From assembly GCF_056712565.1 (NCBI RefSeq), contig NZ_CM160072.1: a stretch of DNA of 64,000 bases, one strand, 5' to 3'. Made by a program: the position numbers and the translations under genes. The notes under the pieces are model-generated. The model saw nothing but the letters and a program-made list of their open reading frames with translations. It was not told the DNA's origin and ran no database searches. Below are positions 33,529 to 46,073 of this stretch, piece after piece (the first letter of the stretch is position 1; every line of letters starts with the position of its first letter).

Positions 33529-34156
33529 AAAAGCCCGCTGCACGGTTTTATTAATACTTATACCATTAGGATTGATCCTTCAATGGACAATCCTTCCATC
33601 GTGTGGCCAGCCATTCATATTCTTTGTCTTTTCTTCAGTACCGGCTTTGCATCTTCTACACCCTGAAAGATGTCGTTTTATGGTGTATCTGATGATTTAT
33701 TCCCTAACAATAGATATTCGAAAAATTAATCAGTTAAAACAATTATTTGGATAATTTCAGGTAAAAACTATCTTAATCTTCTGGTGGATCTCAATGCGCC
33801 GTGACGGTATCGGGATTAAGGGCGTGGATATTCGCGATATATGCCGCTACACCCCTCAACAGTAATAGATATGCGCTTTTCACGCTCTCCTTTCACTGCT
33901 GAGAACGGCAACAACGTGCCACAGGAACGCGCTGTAATCGATTCTGACGCACTTAATTGCGTTGGGTAATGGTTTGCCAGCCTGTGGGGGTAACTCTGTT
34001 TTATGAGGCTTTGGCTATAGTGCAAAAATGCACTTTGTCTTGCCTCTCAATTTGATGAGACTGGAACGACAACAGGACAGACCACCAGCAACAGTTACCG
34101 TATTCAGCCGTTCTGTGGCACCAGTGGAACTATCCACCCCTGCTTTCAGCAATGTG

Positions 34157-34311
34157 TTTGCGGGTTATTTTGGGGCGTTTGCGGGTTATTTGGGATGTTT
34201 TGCGGGTTATGCGATGCTTGAATAATGAACAGTGCATTTTGCAACATATTGATACTAAAGAACAAAAAATAGTTAGCACACTAAGATAACCCGGTAACCC
34301 GCATAACCCGC
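34157..34311. repeat. iteron-like cluster 2: three direct TTTGCGGGTTAT copies at 21-bp spacing (34157..34210) plus three contiguous inverted TAACCCG(C/G) copies (34286..34311)
   Basis: Read directly; same 9-mer as cluster 1, about 11 kb away near the right end of the element. Confidence 0.7.
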
Positions 34312-34695
34312 ACTGTTTTGTATATATATACGAAAAATTGCATTCAGGAGGGGGGATCGAAATCCCTACAACCCATTGCTTATGGGACCGCCGCCTCGTC
34401 AAATTTTTACACCCGCGAAATAAAAAATACTTCACGCTGGTGGGCATGATGCTGATATGAGAGGCTTCCATAACGCCACCATTCGAAACTATGCAAATCT
34501 GCATAGAAAAGGGGATGCCTGATACAATACCCTCGCCCGATAAAATCACACCGATAAACTCATCTGCCACGAGTAGAAAGAGCGAACGAACCCGATACGC
34601 AGTAATGCTGGTCGGGTCCAGCTTTTTAAGGCGGCTGTAGATATCAGGCCATCCGTGATCATCCACCAGCGTAATTGCTGAACGCTTTAAAAAAA

Positions 34696-34719
34696 CGTGT
34701 ACATAAGGGTGTACATAAT
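34696..34719. repeat. right boundary repeat of integrative element (putative attR or arm-type sites): cgtgtacataagggtgtacataat
   Basis: 22 of 24 identity with 14783..14806, direct orientation. Confidence 0.6.
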
Positions 34720-34960
34720 CAAAAACCGCATTAGAAAGAAACCAGATACAATGCGGCATTGAAGCCAACACTCTACAAACAGATCCAGAACATTGAATAA
34801 CTCGTAACGCCAATTCTTCCTTTTCAGCCTTCACAAATGCCGCCCACTCAAACAGAGCGGCATTTTTCCTCCCCGCAACATTCAATTCTGTTTTGCGTGC
34901 CTGCTCCAGATTTTGCGATGTTTTTTTGCCCAGCGCAGTGAGAACGTGAGATACTCACAA

Positions 34961-34976
34961 CTGTATATAAACACAG
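34961..34976 (+). promoter_or_regulatory. LexA (SOS) box of dinD: CTGTATATAAACACAG
   Basis: Matches CTGT-N8-ACAG consensus, 46 bp upstream of dinD start. Confidence 0.8.
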
Positions 34977-35021
34977 TTGTAAACTTACTTTCCTTGCAAT
35001 CGATATCATATGGAGTGGGCA

Positions 35022-35846
35022 ATGAACGAACATCATCAACCTTTTGAAGAAATACGGCATTATGGCACTGAAGGGCAAGAATTTTGGTCAGCGAGAGAAT
35101 TGGCACCGTTACTGGATTATCGGGACTGGCGCAATTTTCAAAAGGTACTGGCCCGCGCGACTCAAGCGTGCGAAGCCAGCAATCAAGCTGCATCTGACCA
35201 TTTCGTTGAAACCACCAAAATGGTTGTATTAGGTTCAGGGGCTCAACGAGAACTTGAAGATGTTCATCTCTCCCGCTATGCCTGTTACCTGGTAGTACAA
35301 AACGGCGACCCTGCGAAACCGGTTATTGCGGCAGGGCAAACTTATTTTGCTATCCAGACCCGACGGCAGGAGCTGGCTGACGATGAAGCTTTCAGGCAAC
35401 TTCGTGAAGACGAAAAGCGTCTTTTTCTGAGAAATGAGTTGAAAGAACATAACAAACAATTAGTTGAGGCAGCGCAGCAAGCTGGGGTAGCGACAGCTAT
35501 CGATTTCGCCATATTTCAGAATCATGGTTACCGGGGACTGTATGGTGGATTAGATCAGAAAGCCATCCATCAGCGGAAGGGGCTGAAAAAGAGTCAGAAG
35601 ATCCTGGATCATATGGGTTCAACAGAACTGGCGGCTAATCTCTTTCGAGCTACCCAAACAGAAGAAAAACTCAAGCGGGATGGCGTGAATTCAAAACAGC
35701 AAGCTAATACCACACACTTTGACGTGGGTCGCAAGGTGAGGCAAACCATTCAGGAACTTGGCGGAACCATGCCTGAGGAGTTGCCGACCCCGCAGGTCAG
35801 CATCAAGCAGTTGGAAAACAGTGTAAAAATTACAGAGAAGAAATAG
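35022..35846 (+). CDS. dinD: DNA damage-inducible protein D
   Basis: MNEHHQPFEEIRHYGTEGQEFWSARELAPLLDYRDWRNFQKVL... (274 aa), recognised as DinD; LexA box upstream. Confidence 0.85.
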   Translation: MNEHHQPFEEIRHYGTEGQEFWSARELAPLLDYRDWRNFQKVLARATQACEASNQAASDHFVETTKMVVLGSGAQRELEDVHLSRYACYLVVQNGDPAKPVIAAGQTYFAIQTRRQELADDEAFRQLREDEKRLFLRNELKEHNKQLVEAAQQAGVATAIDFAIFQNHGYRGLYGGLDQKAIHQRKGLKKSQKILDHMGSTELAANLFRATQTEEKLKRDGVNSKQQANTTHFDVGRKVRQTIQELGGTMPEELPTPQVSIKQLENSVKITEKK

Positions 35847-36137
35847 CAGAAAATAAAAACTCTTTTTGTTGATTGAGATACCCGATGCGTAAGCCAAAGT
35901 CCAGGTGCGGTGAACACAATGGCTAAACATTGCACCTTTCTTTTCCACCCCTCAATTTTAACCTATTTTTTCTTATGCATTTTCTCAGACAAGAAGTCAG
36001 AAGAATGCATCTACGCTACAGAAAATAGCGATTTCACATAACTACAAGTTATCAATTTCCTCTCACCTTAAAAAATCTCAATCGTGACAATACGCACAAA
36101 TCGCTACCCTGCCAGACAGATTTTTAGGGAGAGAACC

Positions 36138-38475
<2,338 letters not shown>

Positions 38476-38476
38476 G

Positions 38477-38526
<50 letters not shown>

Positions 38527-38581
38527 GAATCGTCTTTATTGCAGTGAATCACAGGCAAATGCGGAAGCAGCTACGCAAAAT

Positions 38582-39315
<734 letters not shown>

Positions 39316-39369
39316 ACCTGATTTCAGTATCATGCCCAGTCATTTCTTCACCTGTGGAGCTTTTTAAGT

Positions 39370-39645
39370 ATGGCACGCGTAACTGTTCAGGACGCTGTAG
39401 AGAAAATTGGTAACCGTTTTGACCTGGTACTGGTCGCCGCGCGTCGCGCTCGTCAGATGCAGGTAGGCGGAAAGGATCCGCTGGTACCGGAAGAAAACGA
39501 TAAAACCACTGTAATCGCGCTGCGCGAAATCGAAGAAGGTCTGATCAACAACCAGATCCTCGACGTTCGCGAACGCCAGGAACAGCAAGAGCAGGAAGCC
39601 GCTGAATTACAAGCCGTTACCGCTATTGCTGAAGGTCGTCGTTAA
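39370..39645 (+). CDS. rpoZ: RNA polymerase omega subunit
   Basis: 91-aa [48 protein letters not shown]... Confidence 0.9.
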
Positions 39646-39663
39646 TCACAAAGCGGGTCGCCC

Positions 39664-41772
39664 TTGTATCTGTTTGAAAGCCTGAATCAGCTGATTCAAA
39701 ACTACCTGCCGGAAGACCAAATCAAGCGTCTGCGGCAGGCGTATCTCGTTGCACGTGATGCTCACGAGGGGCAAACACGTTCAAGCGGTGAACCCTATAT
39801 CACGCACCCGGTGGCGGTTGCCTGCATTCTGGCCGAGATGAAACTCGACTATGAAACGCTGATGGCGGCGCTGCTGCATGATGTGATTGAAGATACACCC
39901 GCCACCTACCAGGACATGGAACAGCTTTTTGGTAAAAGCGTCGCCGAGCTGGTAGAGGGGGTGTCGAAACTTGATAAACTCAAGTTCCGCGATAAGAAAG
40001 AGGCGCAGGCCGAAAACTTTCGCAAGATGATTATGGCGATGGTGCAGGATATCCGCGTCATTCTCATCAAACTTGCCGACCGTACCCACAACATGCGCAC
40101 GCTGGGCTCACTTCGCCCGGACAAACGTCGCCGCATCGCCCGTGAAACTCTCGAAATATACAGCCCGCTGGCGCACCGTTTAGGTATCCACCACATTAAA
40201 ACCGAACTCGAGGAGCTGGGTTTTGAGGCGCTGTATCCCAACCGTTATCGCGTAATCAAAGAAGTGGTGAAAGCCGCGCGCGGCAACCGTAAAGAGATGA
40301 TCCAGAAGATTCTTTCTGAAATCGAAGGGCGTTTGCAGGAAGCGGGAATACCGTGCCGCGTCAGTGGTCGCGAAAAACATCTTTATTCGATTTACTGCAA
40401 AATGGTGCTCAAAGAGCAGCGTTTTCACTCAATCATGGACATCTACGCTTTCCGCGTGATCGTCAATGATTCTGACACCTGTTATCGCGTGCTGGGCCAG
40501 ATGCACAGCCTGTACAAGCCGCGTCCGGGCCGCGTGAAAGACTATATCGCCATTCCAAAAGCGAACGGCTATCAGTCTTTGCACACCTCGATGATTGGCC
40601 CGCACGGCGTGCCGGTTGAGGTCCAGATCCGTACCGAAGATATGGATCAGATGGCGGAGATGGGTGTTGCCGCGCACTGGGCTTATAAAGAGCACGGCGA
40701 AACCAGCACTACCGCGCAAATACGCGCCCAGCGCTGGATGCAAAGCCTGCTGGAGCTGCAACAGAGTGCCGGTAGCTCGTTTGAATTTATCGAGAGCGTT
40801 AAATCCGATCTCTTCCCGGATGAGATTTACGTTTTCACACCAGAAGGGCGCATTGTCGAACTGCCTGCCGGTGCAACGCCCGTCGACTTCGCTTATGCGG
40901 TGCATACCGATATCGGCCATGCCTGCGTGGGCGCACGCGTCGACCGCCAGCCTTACCCGCTGTCGCAGCCGCTTACTAGCGGTCAAACCGTTGAAATCAT
41001 TACCGCACCGGGTGCTCGCCCGAATGCCGCGTGGCTGAACTTTGTCGTCAGCTCGAAAGCGCGCGCCAAAATTCGTCAGTTGCTGAAAAACCTCAAGCGT
41101 GATGATTCTGTAAGCCTGGGCCGTCGTCTGCTCAACCATGCGTTGGGTGGTAGCCGTAAGCTCAATGAAATCCCGCAGGAAAATATTCAGCGCGAGCTGG
41201 ACCGCATGAAGCTGGCAACGCTTGACGATCTGCTGGCAGAAATCGGCCTTGGTAACGCAATGAGCGTGGTGGTCGCGAAAAATCTGCAACATGGGGACGC
41301 CTCCATTCCACCGGCAACCCAAAGTCACGGACATCTGCCCATTAAAGGTGCCGATGGCGTGCTGATCACCTTTGCGAAATGCTGCCGCCCAATTCCTGGC
41401 GACCCGATTATCGCCCACGTCAGCCCCGGTAAAGGTCTGGTGATCCACCATGAATCCTGCCGTAACATCCGTGGCTACCAGAAAGAGCCAGAGAAGTTTA
41501 TGGCTGTTGAATGGGATAAAGAGACGGCGCAGGAATTCATCACCGAAATCAAGGTGGAGATGTTCAATCATCAGGGCGCGCTGGCAAACCTGACGGCGGC
41601 AATTAACACCACGACCTCGAATATTCAAAGTTTGAATACGGAAGAGAAAGATGGTCGCGTCTATAGCGCCTTTATTCGTCTGACCGCCCGTGACCGTGTG
41701 CATCTGGCGAATATCATGCGCAAAATCCGCGTGATGCCAGACGTGATTAAAGTCACCCGAAACCGAAATTAA
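39664..41772 (+). CDS. spoT: bifunctional (p)ppGpp synthetase/hydrolase SpoT (TTG start)
   Basis: 702 aa; HD domain (HDVIEDT), RelA/SpoT synthetase and TGS/ACT regions; TTG start at 39664 as in E. coli spoT. Confidence 0.9.
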   Translation: MYLFESLNQLIQNYLPEDQIKRLRQAYLVARDAHEGQTRSSGEPYITHPVAVACILAEMKLDYETLMAALLHDVIEDTPATYQDMEQLFGKSVAELVEGVSKLDKLKFRDKKEAQAENFRKMIMAMVQDIRVILIKLADRTHNMRTLGSLRPDKRRRIARETLEIYSPLAHRLGIHHIKTELEELGFEALYPNRYRVIKEVVKAARGNRKEMIQKILSEIEGRLQEAGIPCRVSGREKHLYSIYCKMVLKEQRFHSIMDIYAFRVIVNDSDTCYRVLGQMHSLYKPRPGRVKDYIAIPKANGYQSLHTSMIGPHGVPVEVQIRTEDMDQMAEMGVAAHWAYKEHGETSTTAQIRAQRWMQSLLELQQSAGSSFEFIESVKSDLFPDEIYVFTPEGRIVELPAGATPVDFAYAVHTDIGHACVGARVDRQPYPLSQPLTSGQTVEIITAPGARPNAAWLNFVVSSKARAKIRQLLKNLKRDDSVSLGRRLLNHALGGSRKLNEIPQENIQRELDRMKLATLDDLLAEIGLGNAMSVVVAKNLQHGDASIPPATQSHGHLPIKGADGVLITFAKCCRPIPGDPIIAHVSPGKGLVIHHESCRNIRGYQKEPEKFMAVEWDKETAQEFITEIKVEMFNHQGALANLTAAINTTTSNIQSLNTEEKDGRVYSAFIRLTARDRVHLANIMRKIRVMPDVIKVTRNRN

Positions 41773-41778
41773 TGTTTT

Positions 41779-42468
41779 ATGAACCCAACACGTTATGCAC
41801 GCATCTGCGAAATGCTCGCCAGGCGGCAGCCTGATCTGACCGTCTGCATGGAGCAGGTCCACAAACCTCATAACGTTTCTGCGATTATTCGTACCGCAGA
41901 TGCCGTTGGCGTACATGAAGTTCATGCTGTCTGGCCTGGCAGCCGGATGCGCACCATGGCTTCGGCAGCTGCGGGTAGTAACAGCTGGGTACAGGTGAAA
42001 ACGCACCGCACCATTGGCGATGCCGTCGCTCATCTGAAAGGCCAGGGCATGCAGATTCTGGCAACCCATCTTTCTGATAACGCTGTTGATTTCCGCGAAA
42101 TTGATTACACTCGCCCGACCTGTATTTTGATGGGACAGGAGAAAACGGGCATCACGCAGGAAGCGTTGGCCCTGGCGGATCAGGATATCATCATTCCGAT
42201 GATCGGCATGGTGCAGTCGCTGAATGTTTCCGTTGCCTCAGCCCTCATTCTTTACGAAGCCCAGCGCCAGCGGCAAAATGCGGGCATGTACCTGCGTGAA
42301 AACAGCATGTTGCCGGAAGCCGAGCAACAACGCCTGCTGTTTGAAGGCGGCTATCCGGTGCTGGCGAAAGTCGCAAAACGCAAAGGTCTGCCCTACCCCC
42401 ACGTTAATCAGCAAGGCGAGATTGAAGCCGATGCTGACTGGTGGTCCACCATGCAGGCCGCAGGGTAA
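41779..42468 (+). CDS. trmH: tRNA (Gm18) 2-prime-O-methyltransferase TrmH (SpoU)
   Basis: 229-aa ORF MNPTRYARICEMLARRQPDLTVCMEQVHKPHNVSAIIRTADAVGV... Confidence 0.9.
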   Translation: MNPTRYARICEMLARRQPDLTVCMEQVHKPHNVSAIIRTADAVGVHEVHAVWPGSRMRTMASAAAGSNSWVQVKTHRTIGDAVAHLKGQGMQILATHLSDNAVDFREIDYTRPTCILMGQEKTGITQEALALADQDIIIPMIGMVQSLNVSVASALILYEAQRQRQNAGMYLRENSMLPEAEQQRLLFEGGYPVLAKVAKRKGLPYPHVNQQGEIEADADWWSTMQAAG

Positions 42469-42473
42469 GCGCG

Positions 42474-44555
42474 ATGAAAGGTCGCCTGTTAGATGCTGTC
42501 CCGCTCAGTTCCCTAACGGGCGTTGGCGCAGCGCTTAGTAACAAGCTGGCGAAAATCAACCTGCATACCGTACAGGATTTGCTCTTACACCTTCCTCTGC
42601 GCTACGAAGATCGCACACATCTCTACCCCATCGGTGAACTACTGCCGGGTGTTTATGCCACGGTGGAAGGCGAAGTGCTGAACTGCAATATCTCCTTCGG
42701 CGGTCGGCGGATGATGACCTGCCAGATCAGCGACGGTTCCGGCATTCTCACTATGCGCTTTTTCAACTTCAATGCGGCAATGAAAAATAGCCTGGCGACA
42801 GGCCGCCGCGTGCTGGCCTATGGCGAAGCAAAGCGCGGCAAATATGGTGCGGAGATGATCCACCCGGAATACCGCGTACAGGGCGATCTCAGCACGCCAG
42901 AGTTACAGGAAACGCTCACGCCGGTTTACCCAACTACGGAAGGCGTAAAGCAGGCTACGCTGCGTAAATTAACCGACCAGGCGCTGGATCTGCTCGACAC
43001 ATGCGCCATTGAAGAACTCCTGCCGCCGGAACTGTCACAAGGAATGATGACGCTACCGGAAGCGTTGCGCACTTTGCACCGCCCGCCGCCGACGCTACAG
43101 CTTAGCGATCTCGAAACCGGGCAGCATCCGGCACAACGCCGGCTGATTCTGGAAGAGTTGCTGGCGCACAACCTCAGCATGTTGGCGTTACGTGCCGGTG
43201 CACAACGTTTTCATGCTCAGCCGCTGAGCGCCAATGACGCGCTGAAAAATAAACTCCTCGCCGCCTTACCGTTCAAGCCAACGGGCGCACAGGCACGCGT
43301 AGTGGCGGAGATCGAGCGCGATATGGCGCTGGATGTGCCGATGATGCGTCTGGTGCAGGGCGATGTAGGTTCCGGTAAAACGCTGGTCGCTGCCCTCGCC
43401 GCGTTGCGTGCGGTTGCCCACGGCAAACAGGTGGCCCTGATGGCACCAACCGAATTACTCGCCGAGCAGCACGCCAATAACTTTCGTAACTGGTTTGCAC
43501 CGCTCGGTATCGAAGTAGGCTGGCTCGCCGGAAAACAGAAAGGTAAAGCACGACTGGCTCAGCAAGAAGCCATCGCCAGCGGTCAGGTGCAGATGATTGT
43601 TGGTACGCACGCCATTTTCCAGGAACAGGTGCAGTTTAACGGCCTGGCGCTGGTGATTATCGACGAACAGCATCGTTTTGGCGTACATCAGCGTCTGGCG
43701 TTATGGGAGAAAGGCCAGCAGCAGGGCTTCCATCCGCATCAGTTGATCATGACCGCCACGCCCATCCCCCGCACGCTGGCGATGACTGCGTATGCCGATC
43801 TCGATACCTCGGTGATAGATGAGCTGCCACCAGGCCGCACGCCAGTGACTACGGTCGCTATTCCTGATACCCGCCGTACCGATATCATTGACCGCGTGCG
43901 CCACGCCTGTATGACTGAAGGGCGTCAGGCGTACTGGGTTTGTACGTTGATTGAAGAGTCGGAATTACTGGAAGCGCAGGCGGCGGAAGCGACCTGGGAA
44001 GAGTTGAAACTGGCGCTACCAGAGTTGAATGTTGGCCTGGTACACGGACGGATGAAACCCGCCGAGAAACAGGCGGTGATGGCGTCGTTTAAACAAGGTG
44101 AACTACACCTGCTGGTTGCCACTACTGTCATTGAAGTCGGTGTTGATGTACCCAATGCCAGTCTGATGATTATCGAAAACCCGGAGCGTCTGGGTCTGGC
44201 GCAGTTACACCAGTTACGTGGCCGCGTGGGTCGTGGCGCGGTGGCCTCTCACTGCGTGCTGCTCTACAAAACGCCGCTCTCCAAAACCGCGCAAATCCGC
44301 CTGCAGGTACTACGCGACAGCAACGATGGTTTTGTGATTGCACAGAAAGATCTGGAGATTCGCGGCCCTGGCGAATTGTTAGGTACACGTCAGACGGGGA
44401 ATGCTGAATTTAAAGTGGCGGATTTACTGCGCGATCAGGCGATGATCCCGGAAGTTCAGCGCCTGGCGCGACATATTCACGAACGTTACCCACAACAGGC
44501 AAAAGCCCTGATAGAACGCTGGATGCCAGAAACAGAACGTTACTCGAATGCGTAA
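42474..44555 (+). CDS. recG: ATP-dependent DNA helicase RecG
   Basis: Start at ATG 42474 (MKGRLLDAVPLSSLTGVGAALSNKLAKI...), 693 aa; Walker A GDVGSGKT, DEQH box. Confidence 0.9.
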   Translation: MKGRLLDAVPLSSLTGVGAALSNKLAKINLHTVQDLLLHLPLRYEDRTHLYPIGELLPGVYATVEGEVLNCNISFGGRRMMTCQISDGSGILTMRFFNFNAAMKNSLATGRRVLAYGEAKRGKYGAEMIHPEYRVQGDLSTPELQETLTPVYPTTEGVKQATLRKLTDQALDLLDTCAIEELLPPELSQGMMTLPEALRTLHRPPPTLQLSDLETGQHPAQRRLILEELLAHNLSMLALRAGAQRFHAQPLSANDALKNKLLAALPFKPTGAQARVVAEIERDMALDVPMMRLVQGDVGSGKTLVAALAALRAVAHGKQVALMAPTELLAEQHANNFRNWFAPLGIEVGWLAGKQKGKARLAQQEAIASGQVQMIVGTHAIFQEQVQFNGLALVIIDEQHRFGVHQRLALWEKGQQQGFHPHQLIMTATPIPRTLAMTAYADLDTSVIDELPPGRTPVTTVAIPDTRRTDIIDRVRHACMTEGRQAYWVCTLIEESELLEAQAAEATWEELKLALPELNVGLVHGRMKPAEKQAVMASFKQGELHLLVATTVIEVGVDVPNASLMIIENPERLGLAQLHQLRGRVGRGAVASHCVLLYKTPLSKTAQIRLQVLRDSNDGFVIAQKDLEIRGPGELLGTRQTGNAEFKVADLLRDQAMIPEVQRLARHIHERYPQQAKALIERWMPETERYSNA

Positions 44556-44557
44556 AA

Positions 44558-44582
44558 AGCGGCGGTGAGAAGACCGCCGCTT
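44558..44582. terminator. hairpin between convergent recG and gltS (bidirectional terminator candidate)
   Basis: aagcggcggt gagaaga ccgccgctt, perfect 9-10 bp stem. Confidence 0.6.
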
Positions 44583-44588
44583 CATCGG

Positions 44589-45794
44589 TTAACCGGCAAA
44601 AATCGGCAACATCAAATACAGCTTAATCACCAGCGCATTGACGATATCGATAAAGAACGCACCGACCATCGGCACGACCAGGAACGCCATGTGCGACGGG
44701 CCAAAGCGTTCAGTGATCGCCTGCATGTTAGCGATTGCCGTTGGTGTCGCACCAAGGCCAAAGCCACAGTGACCCGCAGCCAGCACTGCCGCATCGTAGT
44801 TTTTGCCCATCATGCGCCAGGTAACGAAGATGGCATACAACGCCATGAAGATGGTCTGTACCACCAGAATCGCCAGCATCGGCAACGCCAGCGAAGCCAG
44901 CTCCCACAGTTTCAGCCCCATCAGCGCCATCGCCAGGAACAACGACAGGCTTACGTTACCCAGCACGGATACCGCTCGCTCAAAGACGCGGTAAAAGCCC
45001 ATCATTGACAGACCGTTGCTCAGAATCACGCCAACAAATAGTACACAGACAAAGGTCGGTAGTTCAAAAGCAGTACCAGCCAAAAGTTGCGCAACAATTT
45101 TCCCCACCGTCAGGCAGATAGCAATCAGCGCGATAGTTTCAATCAGCACCAGCGAGGTGATCATGCGGCCCACATCCGGCTTCTCGAACGCAGTCGGAAC
45201 TTCCTGATCATCCGGAATACCGTTCGGTGTGGTGGAGTGTTTCACCAGATAACGCGCCACCGGGCCACCGATCAGCCCGCCCAGCACCAAACCGAACGTT
45301 GCACAGGCCATCGCCACTTCTGTCGCATTGGTGAAGCCATAACGTTCAATGAACAATTTACTCCATGCAGCACCCGTACCGTGACCGCCCGAAAGCGTAA
45401 TAGAACCGGCCAGCAGCCCCATCAGCGGATCAAGCCCTAACAGGCTAGCCATACCAATGCCAATGGCATTTTGCATCACCAACAGGCCAACAACCACAAT
45501 CAGGAAAACCCCCACCACACGCCCACCAGCTCGCAGACTGGCAAGGTTGGCGTTCAGGCCAATGGTGGCGAAGAAAGCCAGCATCAACGGATCGCGCAGG
45601 GACATATCAAAGTTGACTTCCCAGCCCATGCTTTTTTTCAGTATCAGCAGCGCCAGCGCCACTAATAAACCACCCGCAACAGGTTCCGGTATGGTGTATT
45701 TTTTCAAAAAGGAGACGGAATGGACCAACTTGCGCCCGAGCAGCAACGTCAGCGTTGCGGCAACAAGCGTTGCTAAAGTATCGAGATGAAACAT
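44589..45794 (-). CDS. gltS: sodium/glutamate symporter GltS
   Basis: 401-aa ORF MFHLDTLATLVAATLTLLLGRKLVHSVSFLKKYTIPEPVAGG... Confidence 0.9.
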   Translation of the reverse strand: MFHLDTLATLVAATLTLLLGRKLVHSVSFLKKYTIPEPVAGGLLVALALLILKKSMGWEVNFDMSLRDPLMLAFFATIGLNANLASLRAGGRVVGVFLIVVVGLLVMQNAIGIGMASLLGLDPLMGLLAGSITLSGGHGTGAAWSKLFIERYGFTNATEVAMACATFGLVLGGLIGGPVARYLVKHSTTPNGIPDDQEVPTAFEKPDVGRMITSLVLIETIALIAICLTVGKIVAQLLAGTAFELPTFVCVLFVGVILSNGLSMMGFYRVFERAVSVLGNVSLSLFLAMALMGLKLWELASLALPMLAILVVQTIFMALYAIFVTWRMMGKNYDAAVLAAGHCGFGLGATPTAIANMQAITERFGPSHMAFLVVPMVGAFFIDIVNALVIKLYLMLPIFAG

Positions 45795-46073
45795 AGTTAC
45801 TCCTTTGTGTCCGCATCACTCTTTCATACTCGTCATACTTCATCGCGCATTTGCAGTAAGGCGAAATATGACGAGTATCGAGTCATGCTTTCCTGGTTCG
45901 AATTCTTAGCTGAAACTAGAAAAATGGCATGGATTTTAAGCAGAAAACAACTAAAAGTTATATAAAAAAGTACATTTATCTCATTTAAATATTTAGATGA
46001 GGATGTGGCAAACGTTTGCTTTTCTCTTTCGGTCAGCTAAAATGCCCGCTTTGCTACCACGGGATTGTTTTCG

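Larger units (their letters stand above)
14783..34719. mobile_element. about 20 kb integrative element (phage-satellite / PICI-like; no virion structural genes) inserted between yicC and dinD
   Basis: Interrupts conserved K-12 synteny yicC-dinD; flanked by 24-bp direct repeats; carries a P4-type integrase, AlpA, Rha/AntA/Bro regulators, replication genes and unknown cargo; no capsid, portal, terminase or tail genes. Confidence 0.75.

Noticed and set aside
34130-34885. 251-aa minus-strand ORF crossing the right boundary of the element
   Set aside because: Runs across the boundary repeat (which encodes YVHPYVH in this frame) and across iteron cluster 2, fusing chromosomal and island DNA; no recognisable domain; most likely a chance open frame created by the junction.
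40429-42069. 546-aa minus-strand ORF antisense to spoT and trmH
   Set aside because: Lies entirely within well-supported plus-strand genes; antisense open frames of this kind are common in GC-rich coding DNA and carry no recognisable motifs.
45830-46064. AT-rich gltS-xanP intergenic region as a possible mobile insertion
   Set aside because: Both flanking genes are in conserved K-12 order and the gap is of normal promoter-region size; it is most likely the divergent promoter region.
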